A DNA stretch of 64,000 nt from a virus. The translations under genes were made by a program, and so were the position numbers. Within the stretch, counting starts at the first letter, position 1; each line of letters begins with the position of its first letter. Where the stretch lies: the IMG/VR virus record IMGVR_UViG_3300035703_000027, positions 32,001 through 96,000 of that record. One strand, written 5' to 3'. Shown here piece after piece: positions 8,773 through 18,334 of the stretch. The notes beneath the pieces were generated by a model that had not been told where the DNA came from, ran no database searches, and saw nothing but the letters and a program-made list of their open reading frames with translations.

Positions 8773-11598
8773 ATGCGGTTGTTTGCTGCCATCTACCTGG
8801 ACCTGTTGAAGGCCCTGATTCAGGTCAAGGCCCACACCCGGAAGGACGGCACCCAGGTGCGGGCGCACACCCGCAACATCCAGTCCCGGGCCGAGCGCAA
8901 GGAGCTGGTGGCGGCCCTCGCGCGCAAGATGGCGGACGGCGCGCGCACGCGCCACGCCACCCTGGCGTCGGCCGTCGGGGCCGCCCGGTACGCGTCGAAG
9001 GTCAACGGCAAGGCCGTGCACGTGTACGAGCACCCGGAAGGCGGCTGGGTCGCGACCCATGACGAGACGCACACGGAGGGGCACCCCGAGAAGATCGTCG
9101 CCCTGAAGGGCCGGGCGCGGCTGCACCGGGCGGGCGAGGCCTCGCGCAGCCTGGCGCACCTCAAGGGGCCCATCCTGGAGCACGTCGAGAAGCCGGCGCC
9201 CGCACCCAAGGTGAAGCCGGCCCGGCCCAAGCGGGAGAAGCAGCCGGAGCCGGTGGCGACGCCCGAGCCGGCCGCGAACGACGCGGAGGGGCTGCGCGCG
9301 CAGGCGGAGGCGCTGGGGATCCGGCTGTCGGCGGTGGAGAAGCGGGCGCTGGCGAACGGCAACCGGGTCGTGATGGGCTGGCTGCGCAAGCAGATCGAGA
9401 AGCGGCAGGGCAAGCCCGCGGCGCCCAAGCCGGCGCCCGTGGCGCCCGAGGTGGAGCAGGTGGCGCCCGAGCCTGACGCGCCCAAGCCGGAAGAGAAGCC
9501 CGCCGAACGGAAGCCCCGGGCGGAGAAGCCCAAGGCCCCCGCGCCGGAGAAGGCGGCCGACGCGGAACCCAAGGGGCCGCGCGGTGAACGCGAGTACGAG
9601 GACGTGGGCGAGAAGATCGGGGGGGCGCGCAAGGACCTCGCGGCAGCGTTCGCCCGGGGCGAAAAGAGCTTCGAGAACATCGACTGGTCCGAGATGCAGG
9701 AACTCCCCGAGACGGCGGCCAAGGTCATCATCAAGGCCAACCTGATTGGGCACCTGACACCAGAGCACCTCAAGAGCTTGGGGATGGACGCCCGCGCCGC
9801 GTACATGCTGGATCACATCCTCGGGACCATCGTGCGGGCTCCCAAAGACAGCAACTTGGAGCGTTATCGCTATGCGCGGGCGCTGGACCGCATCGCCAGG
9901 GCGGTGCGTAACGTCAAAACGCTGGACGACCTGCACGGCATGCTGCGAGATATGCACGACGAAGCCGCTGGCGTTTACGGCGACGCCGAGGATCTTGCCC
10001 CCCTGCAACTGCTACAGGCCAAAAAGGCCGTGGTCAGCAAGCGAATCCAGGACCTATATGCCGCTGGCATCCACCCGTCTGGAGACAACGCAGAACTCAA
10101 CAACCTGTTGGCGGAACGCAACAACCTGTGGGACGAGATGAGCACGCAGCTCGACAAGGTGCGCGCCAAGTCACGCAGCACGCCACACCCCTGGGGTGCA
10201 TGCTACGGCGCACTCGGTGCGAACTTCGCCAAAGGCCTGGACAAGCTCGGCTACCAGGTCAGCGATTTTGGGATCCCGTCAGACACCAAGACGATCATGA
10301 ACCTGCCCCGCGGCACCTACAAGACCTCGTGGAGTGACGCCCTGAGCAAGGCGCGCGGCATGAAGGCCGACGACTGGAGCTGGTCCGAAAAGGCGTCAGA
10401 GGGCTCTACGGCCCCGAAGGAAAAGGCAGCCAAGGGAGCAAAGCCGACGGGCGAGATTCGCCTGCCGGACTGGAAGCGCAAGACCCCCGAGCAGTACGAG
10501 CGCACGGGCGGCAAGACGGTGGACTTCGGCGCCCTCTCGAAAGACGGCAAGATCAAGCCGGAGGGCATTATGCAGGCGTTCAAGCTGCGAGGTGTCGAGT
10601 ACGGCAACTGGGTCACGCAGGCCGAGGCGGCCCACCACACGCAGCGCGCCGGCGAGGCCCTGCAAGACCTCGCGACAATTCTGGGGGTCACGCCAGAGCA
10701 TGTCAGCTATGGCGGACGGCTGGCCCTGGCGTTTGGGGCGCGGGGTTCGGGGAAAGCTTTGGCGCACTACGAGTCCGAACGTAAGGTCATCAACCTGACC
10801 AAGCACGCTGGTGGCGGCACGCTGGCCCACGAGTGGGCCCACTTCCTCGACAACATCGTGGCAAACGTCTCGCAGCCGACAACGGGTGAGGTGCAGGACG
10901 CGACGCGTTACATGTCTCACTGGGACGAGAAGGGGGTGCCCGGCCAGGCGCACCCACGCGTCGCACAGGCGATCGCGGGCGTCCTCAAGGCCATGCACGA
11001 GGGCGGCGTTCCCCAGCTTGAATCAGTCAAGCCGCCAAAAAACCCGGCCCCGCTCTACTACAGATACGCCGACCTGGACCAGTTTGTCGCCGAGCACGGC
11101 CCGCAAGAAGGCTTCAACAAGTACATCGAGGGCAAGCGTCAGACCGCGCGGTGGCAGATGCGCACGAGCACCGTGCGCGACTATGCCAAGTACGTCGCGG
11201 CGAAAACGGGGACCATCATCCACTATGACGTGGGGACGCAGAACAGCGATTTTTACACGACGGCCATCACGCAGGACATGGGCTCACCAAAATACTGGGC
11301 AACGCCCCACGAAATGTTTGCGCGGGCGTTCGAGGCCTACGTGCAGGACAAGGGCGCAGAGAAGGGCATCACCAACAACTACCTGGTGGACGGAACCAGG
11401 GTGCCCTCGGACCTCACATACCGGCACCCCACGGCAGGAGAGCGCCCCTTCGCGGTGTACCCGGTGGGCGAGGAGCGCAAGCGCATCAACGCCGCGATGG
11501 ACGACCTGATGGCCGCCCTGCGGGAGACGGACACCCTGAAGAAGGCCCTGGCGCTCGCGGGCCCGTCGAGCGGGATGCTGTTCCGGCGCTGGTGGTAG
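8773..11598 (+). CDS. cargo-leader protein with large-polyvalent-protein (LPD5/LPD1-like) domains and HExxH motif
   Basis: Conserved leader; EDVGEKIGGARKD; FKLRGVEYGNWV; LAFGARG...AHYE...VINLTK...LAHEWAHFLD; YWATPHEMFARAFEAY; C-terminal LKK/AL tail. Confidence 0.8.
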   Translation: MRLFAAIYLDLLKALIQVKAHTRKDGTQVRAHTRNIQSRAERKELVAALARKMADGARTRHATLASAVGAARYASKVNGKAVHVYEHPEGGWVATHDETHTEGHPEKIVALKGRARLHRAGEASRSLAHLKGPILEHVEKPAPAPKVKPARPKREKQPEPVATPEPAANDAEGLRAQAEALGIRLSAVEKRALANGNRVVMGWLRKQIEKRQGKPAAPKPAPVAPEVEQVAPEPDAPKPEEKPAERKPRAEKPKAPAPEKAADAEPKGPRGEREYEDVGEKIGGARKDLAAAFARGEKSFENIDWSEMQELPETAAKVIIKANLIGHLTPEHLKSLGMDARAAYMLDHILGTIVRAPKDSNLERYRYARALDRIARAVRNVKTLDDLHGMLRDMHDEAAGVYGDAEDLAPLQLLQAKKAVVSKRIQDLYAAGIHPSGDNAELNNLLAERNNLWDEMSTQLDKVRAKSRSTPHPWGACYGALGANFAKGLDKLGYQVSDFGIPSDTKTIMNLPRGTYKTSWSDALSKARGMKADDWSWSEKASEGSTAPKEKAAKGAKPTGEIRLPDWKRKTPEQYERTGGKTVDFGALSKDGKIKPEGIMQAFKLRGVEYGNWVTQAEAAHHTQRAGEALQDLATILGVTPEHVSYGGRLALAFGARGSGKALAHYESERKVINLTKHAGGGTLAHEWAHFLDNIVANVSQPTTGEVQDATRYMSHWDEKGVPGQAHPRVAQAIAGVLKAMHEGGVPQLESVKPPKNPAPLYYRYADLDQFVAEHGPQEGFNKYIEGKRQTARWQMRTSTVRDYAKYVAAKTGTIIHYDVGTQNSDFYTTAITQDMGSPKYWATPHEMFARAFEAYVQDKGAEKGITNNYLVDGTRVPSDLTYRHPTAGERPFAVYPVGEERKRINAAMDDLMAALRETDTLKKALALAGPSSGMLFRRWW

Positions 11599-11599
11599 C

Positions 11600-11639
11600 G
11601 GCAAGGGGGAGCCTCACGGGGCGCCCCCGCCCTTACGAT
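11600..11639 (+). promoter_or_regulatory. class A promoter GGCAA-N29-TACGAT
   Basis: GGCAA 11600-11604, TACGAT 11634-11639. Confidence 0.7.
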
Positions 11640-11657
11640 GGGGGCGGAGGACACCCC

Positions 11658-13529
11658 ATGCGTTCGATGTCGCACAGGCCTGGCCTGGCGTTGCTCAAGG
11701 CCCTCATCCAGGTGCGCCAGCACACCCGGAAGGACGGCACGACCGTGCGGGCCCACACGCGCAACGTGCAGACCCGGGGCGAGCGGCGCGCGCTGGTGGC
11801 GACGATGGCGGAGCGCATGGCCGGCGGTGCGCCCGTGCGGCACGCGAGCCTCGGGTCCGCCCTCGGGGCGGCCCGGCACGCGTCCAAGGTCAACGGCAGG
11901 GCCGCGCACGTGTACGAGCACCCGGAGGGGGGCTGGGTATCGACGCACGACGGCAGCCACACGGAGGGCCACGACGAGAAGATCGTGGCGGTGAAGGGCC
12001 GGGCGCGCCTGCACCGTGCGGGCGAGGCATCGCGCAGCCTGGCGCACCTCAAGGGGCCCATCGCGGAGCACGTCGAGAAGCCCGCGCCCGCGCCCGCGCC
12101 CAAGGTGAAGCCGGCCCGCCCCAAGGCCCCGCCGCCCGCGGCCGAGCCGGTGCCCGCCGCCCCGGCCGCGGACGCGGCGGCGGCGCGGCAGCGCGAGGCG
12201 GTCCTGCCCGCGGAGCGGCTGACCTACCCGGGGGCGCCGGAGGCGGTGGTGTACCACGACGCCAACAACCACTCGGTCGTGATCAGCTTCCGCGGCGGGG
12301 TGTCCACGGCGGCGACCCGCGAGGCCCTCAAAGCCCGGGGGTTCCGCTACAACGAGGTCGGCAACGACTGGTACGCGCCCCACACGCCCGAGGCCGTGCG
12401 CCTGGCGAACTACACGCGCCGGCGCTACAACGGCCTGACGCCCGAAGAGCACGCCCAGCGGGAGGCCTGGGACACCCTGACGCCCGCGAAGCGCCACGCG
12501 ATCGCCTACGAGCCGCTGACGCAGCTCGGGGGCGCCGGCCCGCAGCACGACAACCGCCCGCACGGGTTGCTGGCGCGCGCCCGGGGCCTCGACCTTCCCG
12601 TGTCGCCGGAGATGGCGCAGGCGGTGCAGGCGCACGACCACCTGGCCATGGTGCAACTGCACGGCGCGGTGCATGCCGCCGAGGGGCGGCGGGGCCGGGA
12701 GGAGGAGCTGCACGACGGCGTGGACCCCCACCCGATGGCGCTGCTGAAAGCGGCGTCCGAGGCCGGGCTGACGTTTGCCCCCGACGAGGTGCAAGCCCTC
12801 GTGGCGCGGCAGCGGCCCGCCCTGCTGGCGGCGCAGACGCGGGTGGCCGAGGCGCAGGTACAGGCCAAGCGCCGCCGGGCGCTGGACAACGCGGGCCTGA
12901 CGGGCGGCGCGCAGCCGCGCGCGTCCTTCACCGCCCCCATCCAGGTGCGGCGGCCCGGCGGGGGCGTCGCGGCGGTGTCCCACACCTTCGAGACCGGCCA
13001 GCGGGTGCTCTGGTCGCGCAAGGGGCAAGCGGTCCCCGTGACGCTCGCCGGCATCATGCAGAAGCCCGGCCAGGCGCCTACCTTCCAGGTGTTCAGCGAT
13101 GACGGGCAGCCGTTCAACGTGCCGGTGGCCGCCATCGCCGGGGCCCCGACCTACGACGCCCCGCCGGCGCAGGGCCCGGCCGACGGGCCCAGGTTCGTGG
13201 ACGCCTACACCGCCAACATCGAGGTCTGGGAGAAGCGGGGCGACGGGGCGGCAGGGGTGCGCAGGCCGCACACCTTCCGGCCCGGCCAGCGCGTCCGCTT
13301 TGCGGACGGCCGCGGCTTCTCCACCGGCGTGCTGCTGTTCATCTACCAGGAGGCCGGCAAGCGCCAGCCGACGTTCCGCGTGGTGAACGATCACACCGGC
13401 GAGGTGCATGCCGTGGTGGCCGACAACATGGTGCGGCGCGTGACCTACAGCCGGCCGCCGGCGCAGGCGGACGAGCTGCGCAAGGCCCTGGAGGGCCCGT
13501 CGAGCCGGCTGCTGGTCGCGCGCTTGTAG
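11658..13529 (+). CDS. cargo-leader protein, paralog A (two HTFxxGQRV beta-barrel-like repeats)
   Basis: RBS GGAGG; LLK/AL plus conserved leader; C-terminal LRK/ALEGPSSRLLVARL. Confidence 0.8.
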   Translation: MRSMSHRPGLALLKALIQVRQHTRKDGTTVRAHTRNVQTRGERRALVATMAERMAGGAPVRHASLGSALGAARHASKVNGRAAHVYEHPEGGWVSTHDGSHTEGHDEKIVAVKGRARLHRAGEASRSLAHLKGPIAEHVEKPAPAPAPKVKPARPKAPPPAAEPVPAAPAADAAAARQREAVLPAERLTYPGAPEAVVYHDANNHSVVISFRGGVSTAATREALKARGFRYNEVGNDWYAPHTPEAVRLANYTRRRYNGLTPEEHAQREAWDTLTPAKRHAIAYEPLTQLGGAGPQHDNRPHGLLARARGLDLPVSPEMAQAVQAHDHLAMVQLHGAVHAAEGRRGREEELHDGVDPHPMALLKAASEAGLTFAPDEVQALVARQRPALLAAQTRVAEAQVQAKRRRALDNAGLTGGAQPRASFTAPIQVRRPGGGVAAVSHTFETGQRVLWSRKGQAVPVTLAGIMQKPGQAPTFQVFSDDGQPFNVPVAAIAGAPTYDAPPAQGPADGPRFVDAYTANIEVWEKRGDGAAGVRRPHTFRPGQRVRFADGRGFSTGVLLFIYQEAGKRQPTFRVVNDHTGEVHAVVADNMVRRVTYSRPPAQADELRKALEGPSSRLLVARL

Positions 13530-13532
13530 GGT

Positions 13533-13572
13533 GGCAACTCGGGGCCCGGGCAGCCGCTTCCGGCCCTACGAT
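13533..13572 (+). promoter_or_regulatory. class A promoter GGCAA-N29-TACGAT
   Basis: GGCAA 13533-13537, TACGAT 13567-13572. Confidence 0.7.
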
Positions 13573-13590
13573 GGGGCAGGAGGCACCGCC

Positions 13591-15297
13591 ATGCGCTCGT
13601 ACTTCGTCGGCCCGGGGCTGCAAGCCCTGGAGAAGGCCCTCATCCAGGTGCGCCAGCACACCCGGAAGGATGGTACGGTCGTGCGGGCCCACACCCGCAA
13701 CGTCCAGTCCCGCTCCGAGCGGCACGACATGGTGGCGGCCCTGTCGCGCCGGATGGCGGGCGGGGAGCACGTGCGGCACGCCACGCTGGCCTCCGCCCTG
13801 GGGGGCGCCCGGCACGCCTCGAAGGCGAACGGCAAGGCGGCCCACGTGTACGAGCACGCCGACGGCGGCTGGGTGGTGACGCACGACGCCAGCCACACCG
13901 AGGGCCACAAAGAGCGCATCGTGGCGGTGAAGGGCAAGGCGCGCCTGCACCGGGCGAAGGGACCCTCGCGCAGCCTGGCGCACCTCAAGGGCCCCATCGC
14001 GGAGCACACGCCCAAGCCGTTCGTGCCCAAGGTGAAGCCGGCCCGGCCGAAGAAGCAGCCACCGGCCCCCGTGGTGGCGCCGCTGGACGCGCATGGGGCC
14101 AAGCAGCGCGACCGGGTGCTGCCGCCGCAGCGCATCGCGCTGGAGGAGCGCCCCACGGTGCTTGCCGCGCGCGACATGACGGCGCGCAAGGTCGTCATCA
14201 AGTTCAAGGGGGCGCTCCCGAGCCTCAAGACGGCGGAGGTGTTGCGGGCGCGCGGGTTCGAGCCGCAGCCGGGCGACCAGGTGTGGCTCGCCCCGCTTTC
14301 GCGGCGGGCGGTCCAGCTCGCGAACTACACGCGCCGGCGCTACAACGGGCTGTCGCCCGAGGAGCAGGCCGCCTGGGAGCGCTGGCCCGAGCTGCACCCG
14401 CACGAGCGGGAGCTGCTGGCTGCCGCCCCCCTGCCGCGCATCCGGGAGCGGCCCAAAGACTACCTGGTGCCTAACGACCTCACGGAGCGGGCGCGGGCCG
14501 CGGGCGCGGCCTACGGCATCGACCCGCAGTTCTGGCGCAAGGCCCAGGAGTCGCCCGCGTGGCAGCGGCACCTGGAGCGCCGGGTGGCGATCGCCGAGGC
14601 GGCGATCGACCCCGGGCAGCAGGAGCCCGACGACACCCCGCACGGCCTGCTGCTGCGGGCGCACCGCCTCGCCTTGCCGGTGGCGCAAGACCTCGCCGAT
14701 GCGGCCGTGAAGCTGGACCATGCCGCCCTCGCGAACCTCGCCGGCCAGGTCGAAGCGGCCGAACGGTCCGCGGGCGTGGCCCCCGCCTGGGAGCCTGCCG
14801 ACGATCGCAACGTGCGGCACGAGCCCGTTTCCCCGGGCGAGCTGATTCAGCGCGCGCACCGGGCGGGCCTCACGCTGCCGCGCGAGAGCCTGCAAGTGCT
14901 GCTGGCGGAGAAGCCCGACGAGACGGCGGAGGCCCTGCGGCGCGTCAAGGCGGCGGAGGCCGCGCAGTCCGGGACGGGCAGCTTCACGGCCACGCTGCGC
15001 ACGCCCACGGGGCCGGTGTCCCACACCTTCCGGCCCGGCCAGCGCGTGCTCTACCGGACGCCGTGGGGGCGTGTCGAGGAGGCCACCTTGCAGTCGATCG
15101 ACCTGGAGAAGCGCCGCGTCGGGCTGGTGACGTGGCGCGGTGCGAGCGTCGAGGCCCCGATCCTCGACATCACGCAGCCGATGTACCGGGTCATGCCCAA
15201 GGACCCCCCGACGGGCCTGCCCATGGCCAAGGCGCTGGGCCTGCCGCCCCGGGCCCGGCCCGTCAGCTCGCGGCTGTTTGCACGCTTCCTCGGCTGA
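13591..15297 (+). CDS. cargo-leader protein, paralog B
   Basis: RBS AGGAGG; LEK/AL plus leader; shares LANYTRRRYNGL, PHGLL and HTFRPGQRV with paralog A; C-terminal MAK/AL tail. Confidence 0.8.
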   Translation: MRSYFVGPGLQALEKALIQVRQHTRKDGTVVRAHTRNVQSRSERHDMVAALSRRMAGGEHVRHATLASALGGARHASKANGKAAHVYEHADGGWVVTHDASHTEGHKERIVAVKGKARLHRAKGPSRSLAHLKGPIAEHTPKPFVPKVKPARPKKQPPAPVVAPLDAHGAKQRDRVLPPQRIALEERPTVLAARDMTARKVVIKFKGALPSLKTAEVLRARGFEPQPGDQVWLAPLSRRAVQLANYTRRRYNGLSPEEQAAWERWPELHPHERELLAAAPLPRIRERPKDYLVPNDLTERARAAGAAYGIDPQFWRKAQESPAWQRHLERRVAIAEAAIDPGQQEPDDTPHGLLLRAHRLALPVAQDLADAAVKLDHAALANLAGQVEAAERSAGVAPAWEPADDRNVRHEPVSPGELIQRAHRAGLTLPRESLQVLLAEKPDETAEALRRVKAAEAAQSGTGSFTATLRTPTGPVSHTFRPGQRVLYRTPWGRVEEATLQSIDLEKRRVGLVTWRGASVEAPILDITQPMYRVMPKDPPTGLPMAKALGLPPRARPVSSRLFARFLG

Positions 15298-16126
15298 CGG
15301 CGGCCACCTCGGCCGGGTCGAAGCCGTGCTGCAAGGGGTCGAGGCCCACGCGCAGCGCTTCCTGGATGGCGGCGAGGCGCACCGGGGCCAGCCGGCTCCG
15401 GGCGCGGCGAGACAGCGTGCCCTGCACGGTTTCGCGGCTCGCCAGGCGCGCCGGCTCCGCGGGCGTCACCACCCGCTCGGGCGGGGCGGCCACCGCCACC
15501 GCCGCCCGGGCGATCGCCTGGTGGTCGGCGTCGGGGCCGGCGGCAGCCACCAGGGCCGTCGCCATCGTCGCGGCCTCGGCCCGCTCGCGGGCCCGGTGCG
15601 CCTCGCCCTCCACCAGTCCGGCGGGCTTCGTCCACATCGGGCGCCAGTCGCCCAGGATGGCGAGCCGCAGGTAGTGCCCGGGCGCCACGGGCTGCCCCTT
15701 GAGCCGGAAGGTCCAGCCCGCGGCCTTGCGCTCCGCGTGGTAGCCGAGCTGGCGCTCCACCCGCTCCCGGCCGTGCTCCCGAATCAGGTTGACCGCCGCC
15801 CCCGGGTAGATGCCCTCGGCCCGCAGGGCCTGCACCAGCGGGTCGTCGTCCGTCAGCGCAGCCCCCTGCGCAGCATCCTGCGCCGATCCTCTCTCTGTCC
15901 CATGCTCGATCTTACGATCGTCATGCGAAGAATCCTGCGCAGGGACGACGCCGACCTCCCGGACAGCCTTCAGCCCCCCCTCGATGGTGCGCACCGAGCA
16001 GCCCCATGCCTCCGCCCACCGGCCCTTCGGGCAGGGGCCGTCGGTTTCGAGCGACAGCGCGACCAGCACCTGCATGGGGTTCAGGCCGGCGGCAAACAAA
16101 GCGGTGATGCGGTTGTGCAGCGACAT
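15263..16126 (-). CDS. helix-turn-helix protein, possible replication initiator
   Basis: N-terminal HTH-like segment (KGRWAEAWGCSVRTIEGGLKAV), low-GC linker, C-terminal helical domain (PGHYLRLAILGDW). Function is inferred. Confidence 0.5.
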   Translation of the reverse strand: MSLHNRITALFAAGLNPMQVLVALSLETDGPCPKGRWAEAWGCSVRTIEGGLKAVREVGVVPAQDSSHDDRKIEHGTERGSAQDAAQGAALTDDDPLVQALRAEGIYPGAAVNLIREHGRERVERQLGYHAERKAAGWTFRLKGQPVAPGHYLRLAILGDWRPMWTKPAGLVEGEAHRARERAEAATMATALVAAAGPDADHQAIARAAVAVAAPPERVVTPAEPARLASRETVQGTLSRRARSRLAPVRLAAIQEALRVGLDPLQHGFDPAEVAAVSRGSVQTAAS

Positions 16127-16173
16127 GGGCAATCCTTTCAAGGGGTCCGGCGAAAACACGCCGGGGGGAGCCC

Positions 16174-16202
16174 TTGACACCTGGATCGCGCTGCCATACG
16201 CT
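16174..16202 (+). promoter_or_regulatory. sigma70-type promoter TTGACA-N17-TACGCT
   Basis: Perfect -35 at 16174-16179, 17-nt spacer, -10 at 16197-16202; points toward the sigma factor gene. Confidence 0.65.
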
Positions 16203-16429
16203 GGATCTGCTCTTGATCTTGTATGGCTTTTTGCGCGGTTTTGGGTGTCAGGGGCGGCGGCTCTAGGGCGGCGGCTTAGGAAACCAACTCCGACGGGTTA
16301 GATGCTTCGGTGTCTGACTGGGCTATCTCGATCCTCGTAACCACCTCCGTGTTCACGCACGGGGGTGGTTATGTTTTATAGGGGCTCGCTCGGTTGGATC
16401 GCAAGGTCGGCGATCGCAGACGGGACCGG

Positions 16430-16469
16430 GGCAATCCGCCGCGAAGCGCGCACGGGGCCGTGTTACGGT
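16430..16469 (+). promoter_or_regulatory. class A promoter GGCAA-N29-TACGGT
   Basis: GGCAA 16430-16434, TACGGT 16464-16469, ahead of ATG 16490. Confidence 0.7.
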
Positions 16470-16489
16470 GGATCCACGGAGGTCCCCCC

Positions 16490-18334
16490 ATGCCCCACCT
16501 GCTGCGATCCGTTGCCGATCACCTCGCCGGGTCCACCCCGCTCCAACGGGTCGCCGGCGCGCTGGCCGGCCCCCTCGAAAAGGGCCTCGTCCACACCTAC
16601 ACGCGCCACATGCACGGCGTCGCCCAGGTGGTGCCCGAGCACATGCGCGCGGACCCCGCCGCCATCATCGGGATGCTTGCCAAGCGGCACCACCACCAGC
16701 TCAGCTTCGACCTGTTCGGCGGTGGCGGCGGCGGGGCGCCCCCGGCCGTCCAGCCCCACGGCGCCGGCAACGGTGGCACGGTGCAGCGCGACAGCATGTA
16801 CCGGGTGCAGGACCAGGAGCCGGCCGTCGGCAGCATCGCGCAGGCCACCTTCAAGCCCGAGCCCGCGCCCCCGGCCACGCAGACGCACCGTCCGCGCGTG
16901 CCCCAGGGGCTGCACCTGCCGGCGGAGAAGGCCGAGGCCCGCAAGGTGCTGGAGGGGGCGCACCGGGACCTGGTGACGGCCCGCCAGCTCGAAGAGGACG
17001 CCAAGCTGGAGCCCGGCCGCCGCGAGGCGCTGCTCGCGCGCGCCACCACGCTGCGCGCGCGGCTCGCCGACGCGGCCGGCCCGGACTACGAGCGCGCCGT
17101 CGAGGGCAAGCTCGTGGCGAACTACGCCCCGGAGATTGGCGGCGTGGTGGCCGACTGGGCCCACAAGGTGGGCGTGCCCGTCGAGCGGGACGCGCACGGC
17201 CGGCCGTCGGGGAACTTCGGCCTGCTGCATGCCGAGGCGCTCGACGCCGCCTACCAGGCGGTGCACCGCTACCGCACCCACAACCGCACCGGCCTGCTGA
17301 AGCTCGTGAAGGGCCAGGTGGAGCAGCGCCTGTTCCGGCACTGGAAGCGGGCCGTCGGCAAGGGCGCGTTCAACATGGGCCAGAACGAGGCCGAGGACGC
17401 GAGCAAGGTCGCACGCTACACCAGCGCGCACGCGTCGGCCTACGGCGAGCAGCCCACGGACGAGCAGGTGGCGGAGGCCCTCGGGATGACGCCCAAGCGG
17501 GTCGCCGACATCAAGCGGCAGGCGATCGCCGCGCTCGGGGACAGCCTGAACCAGACCAGCGAGGACGGCAGCGAGCTGGGAGAGCGGGTGGGCAGCAGCC
17601 GCCAGGACCCGGCCCGGCGGGCGGAGGCCGACGAACTGTCCGACGCCGTGCATACCGCGCTTGCGGAGCTGGATCCGCTGAAGCGCGCCACGGTCCGGGT
17701 GGCGCACGGCATGGGGCTCGACGCGGACACGGCCGCGCACCTCGCCGCGCACACGCAGCTCGACGACCTCGCGGCGGCCTTGCAGGACCACGCCCACCTC
17801 GCCGAGCCCGACGCCCGCGCGACGGCCGCGGTGGGGGCGGTCCAGTGGCGCGCCCCGGGGGACGCGGCGCTGCGGGTGCGGGCGGCGCTGCACCTGCTGG
17901 ACCACGGCGCGGACCCGGTGCAGGCCTTGCAGGCGCCCGAGCAGCGGGAGGATGGGGACAAGCACGACATTTCCGTCTCCGAGGTCTACCGGCGCGTCGG
18001 GCTGAAGCCGGCCAACAGCGGCAGCGTGCTGCGGTCTGCTGAGCAGGCGCTGGCCCGGCACCCGGCGCTGGTCGGCTTCCGGGACGCGCTGCACAAAAGC
18101 TTGTTCGCGCCCATTGGCACGCCGTGGGGGTCGCTGCTCGCGGCGATCGCCCCTGCGGCCCTCCTTGCGAGCCTGCCGGCGCCCTTGGCAGCCCTCGCGC
18201 CCTCGCTCCTCGAAGATGATCGGCACGGCTGGGCGCTGGTGCGGGAGGATCGCGCCGCGGAGGCTGCCATTCTGGCGGCGGCGGCCCAGGGGGGTGGGGA
18301 TGAAACGGTTCACGGTGACGGCGCGGGGCGTTAG
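16490..18334 (+). CDS. sigma-70-family RNA polymerase sigma factor with cargo-like leader and region-4 insertion
   Basis: Region 2-like LVANYAPEI...EALDAAYQAVHRY; region 3 GEQPTDEQVAEALGM...SLN; region 4 LAELDPLKRATVRVAHG...ISVSEVYRRVGL. LEK/GL at the N-end and LHK/SL at the C-end. Confidence 0.75.
   Translation: MPHLLRSVADHLAGSTPLQRVAGALAGPLEKGLVHTYTRHMHGVAQVVPEHMRADPAAIIGMLAKRHHHQLSFDLFGGGGGGAPPAVQPHGAGNGGTVQRDSMYRVQDQEPAVGSIAQATFKPEPAPPATQTHRPRVPQGLHLPAEKAEARKVLEGAHRDLVTARQLEEDAKLEPGRREALLARATTLRARLADAAGPDYERAVEGKLVANYAPEIGGVVADWAHKVGVPVERDAHGRPSGNFGLLHAEALDAAYQAVHRYRTHNRTGLLKLVKGQVEQRLFRHWKRAVGKGAFNMGQNEAEDASKVARYTSAHASAYGEQPTDEQVAEALGMTPKRVADIKRQAIAALGDSLNQTSEDGSELGERVGSSRQDPARRAEADELSDAVHTALAELDPLKRATVRVAHGMGLDADTAAHLAAHTQLDDLAAALQDHAHLAEPDARATAAVGAVQWRAPGDAALRVRAALHLLDHGADPVQALQAPEQREDGDKHDISVSEVYRRVGLKPANSGSVLRSAEQALARHPALVGFRDALHKSLFAPIGTPWGSLLAAIAPAALLASLPAPLAALAPSLLEDDRHGWALVREDRAAEAAILAAAAQGGGDETVHGDGAGR

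Noticed and set aside
2284-10008. Very long antisense ORFs (2284-6366, 7258-10008; likewise 11379-13409, 16463-18394, 48765-50534, 56293-57969)
   Set aside because: They are shadows of strongly GC3-biased sense genes: Arg/His/Gly/Val-rich, with no RBS and no recognisable motifs.
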